A stretch of DNA of 63,813 nucleotides, filler included, from Reticulomyxa filosa (taxonomy: Eukaryota > Protista > Foraminifera), in the NCBI GenBank assembly GCA_000512085.1. It is 15 parts of 15 records of this genome, joined end to end, with 100 filler letters (N's around TTAATTAATTAA, not from the genome) between each part and the next. Parts side by side here need not be neighbours in the genome. Positions count along the whole stretch, not along the records: positions 62,814 to 63,813 come from ASPP01040140.1; 14 more parts are not named here. The stretch is one strand, 5' to 3'. The translations under genes were made by a program, and so were the position numbers. Under the pieces are notes generated by a model, which did not search any database, had not been told where the DNA came from, and saw nothing but the letters and a program-made list of their open reading frames with translations. Shown one piece after another: positions 62,853 through 63,813 of this stretch (position 1 is its first letter; each line of letters opens with the position of its first letter).

Positions 62853-62945
62853 CTTACTGCCCCATCTTTGTTTTTGTTTTTGTTTAAAATGTTAAAAGAT
62901 GTATGTGTGTCTATGTGCATGTGGTATGTATGGTATGCGAAATAG

Positions 62946-63813
62946 CGTTGGGAGAACGTGGATTTGCTATAACCACATTCCAATGTTGCTACGCATATTT
63001 GCGAAGCCTGTGCAAGACGCAGCTGTCAAAGTCGGAGCGCGAAAAGCAAAAGCGGAAAAGGGAGCATCGAGCCAAGCTGCGCAGACAGCAACTCTCGCAG
63101 CATCAGCGGCGTGAAAAGTTGTGGTCTCGACGGGCGAACCAAACCAACGCCCGCAAGAGTGTATGCATGTCGCATTCGTCCAGGGACTCATCGAGCAACA
63201 ATGCGACAGCAGATGGCTCTGCTGTCGTCGGCGTTCCCTCGGGCAAAGAAGTACAAGATCTGTCCAAGACTGCCAGTCGGAATCAAAGGCCAGGTGAATC
63301 CATTCTGCATTCGAGCGGAGGCACAGACTGGGTCGAGGGCCAATTGTCGTCGGAAGTTCATTTGAATACGCCAACATCAATAGATCATCCGCATTCGCAT
63401 TCACATTCTCATCCTCTCCAACTTCATCACAACGGCGAAGAAAGTCAGCGTGACATGACCAATCATCGTGCTGTCGTTGTTGTTGTCGATGTCGATGTCG
63501 ATGTCGATGTCGATGTCAATGTCGATGTCAATGTCGATGACAAGAAAACAAACGAAAAGATAGGCCAGAAATGCTGCGCGTGCTCGTGTCATGACGCGAA
63601 TAAAGTAAATGGAAATGACAATGCTCACTCGAATTCGAATACCTTGCTTTCGCTCCCAAATGCGGGCAAGCCGCCGCTTTGGGGCGACTTCCACGTCGAT
63701 CATAGCGAGGTGGAATCGAGTCTAAGCAAGAGTATTCACACCGGAGATGAGTCTGAAGAAACCATCAATGAAAGACATTCGGGTCAAAAAGCTTACTCAA
63801 AGCAACAATTGCA
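62946..63813 (+). CDS. Exon of a probable VPS9-domain (Rab5-family GEF) protein, both ends truncated
   Basis: After acceptor AATAG|, a frame open to the window end begins LGERGFAITTFQCCYAYLRSL (VPS9 C-terminal helix GExGYxxTxF...YxxL), followed by a low-complexity tail. It is absent from the ORF track because there is no stop. Confidence 0.5.

Noticed and set aside
59374-63813. HEAT/ankyrin + RNF213 + VPS9 as an immune gene cluster
   Set aside because: Each lies on a different contig separated by spacers; there is no evidence of linkage.
1-63813. CRISPR arrays, rRNA, tRNA, alternative genetic code
   Set aside because: No repeat-spacer arrays or recognisable structural RNA genes were seen. 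Conserved genes end at TAA, TAG and TGA and read normally in the standard code.

Overview
This is AT-rich, intron-rich eukaryotic DNA made of about 15 separate contigs. They are joined by artificial 100-nt spacers (44 N + TTAATTAATTAA + 44 N), so adjacency across a spacer means nothing biologically. The source is probably a foraminiferan such as Reticulomyxa filosa (Rhizaria). That is an inference from the lineage-typical WD40 family (IQIIIHHWIRTLNIQLGW..DFDKLVVNY), caspase-like and HEAT/ankyrin pseudogenes, and homopolymer-rich short introns. Recognisable genes: CstF-64 (3' part), K+-dependent H+-PPase, two 7TM proteins, an RRM protein, a DUF6174-like secreted protein, dymeclin, a MARCH-type RING-CH E3, a LACTBL1-like serine beta-lactamase, an LRR protein, a TLC protein, a LicD-like protein, centrin-3, PP2A B56, a 2OG-Fe(II) dioxygenase, PABPN1, a chorein-N (VPS13-type) 5' end, a WDR41-like protein, an ankyrin protein, an RNF213-like AAA+ fragment and a VPS9-domain exon. 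Mobile DNA: decayed APE/RT/RNase H LINE pieces interleaved with a ~650-bp dispersed repeat, and a TA|CAGTA-ended TIR family. The most unusual item is a spliced gene that appears to encode a His-rich tract followed by a WYL-like domain, a fold known mainly from prokaryotic nucleic-acid sensors. No rRNA, tRNA or CRISPR array was recognised. All calls come from reading motifs by eye; no searches were run.
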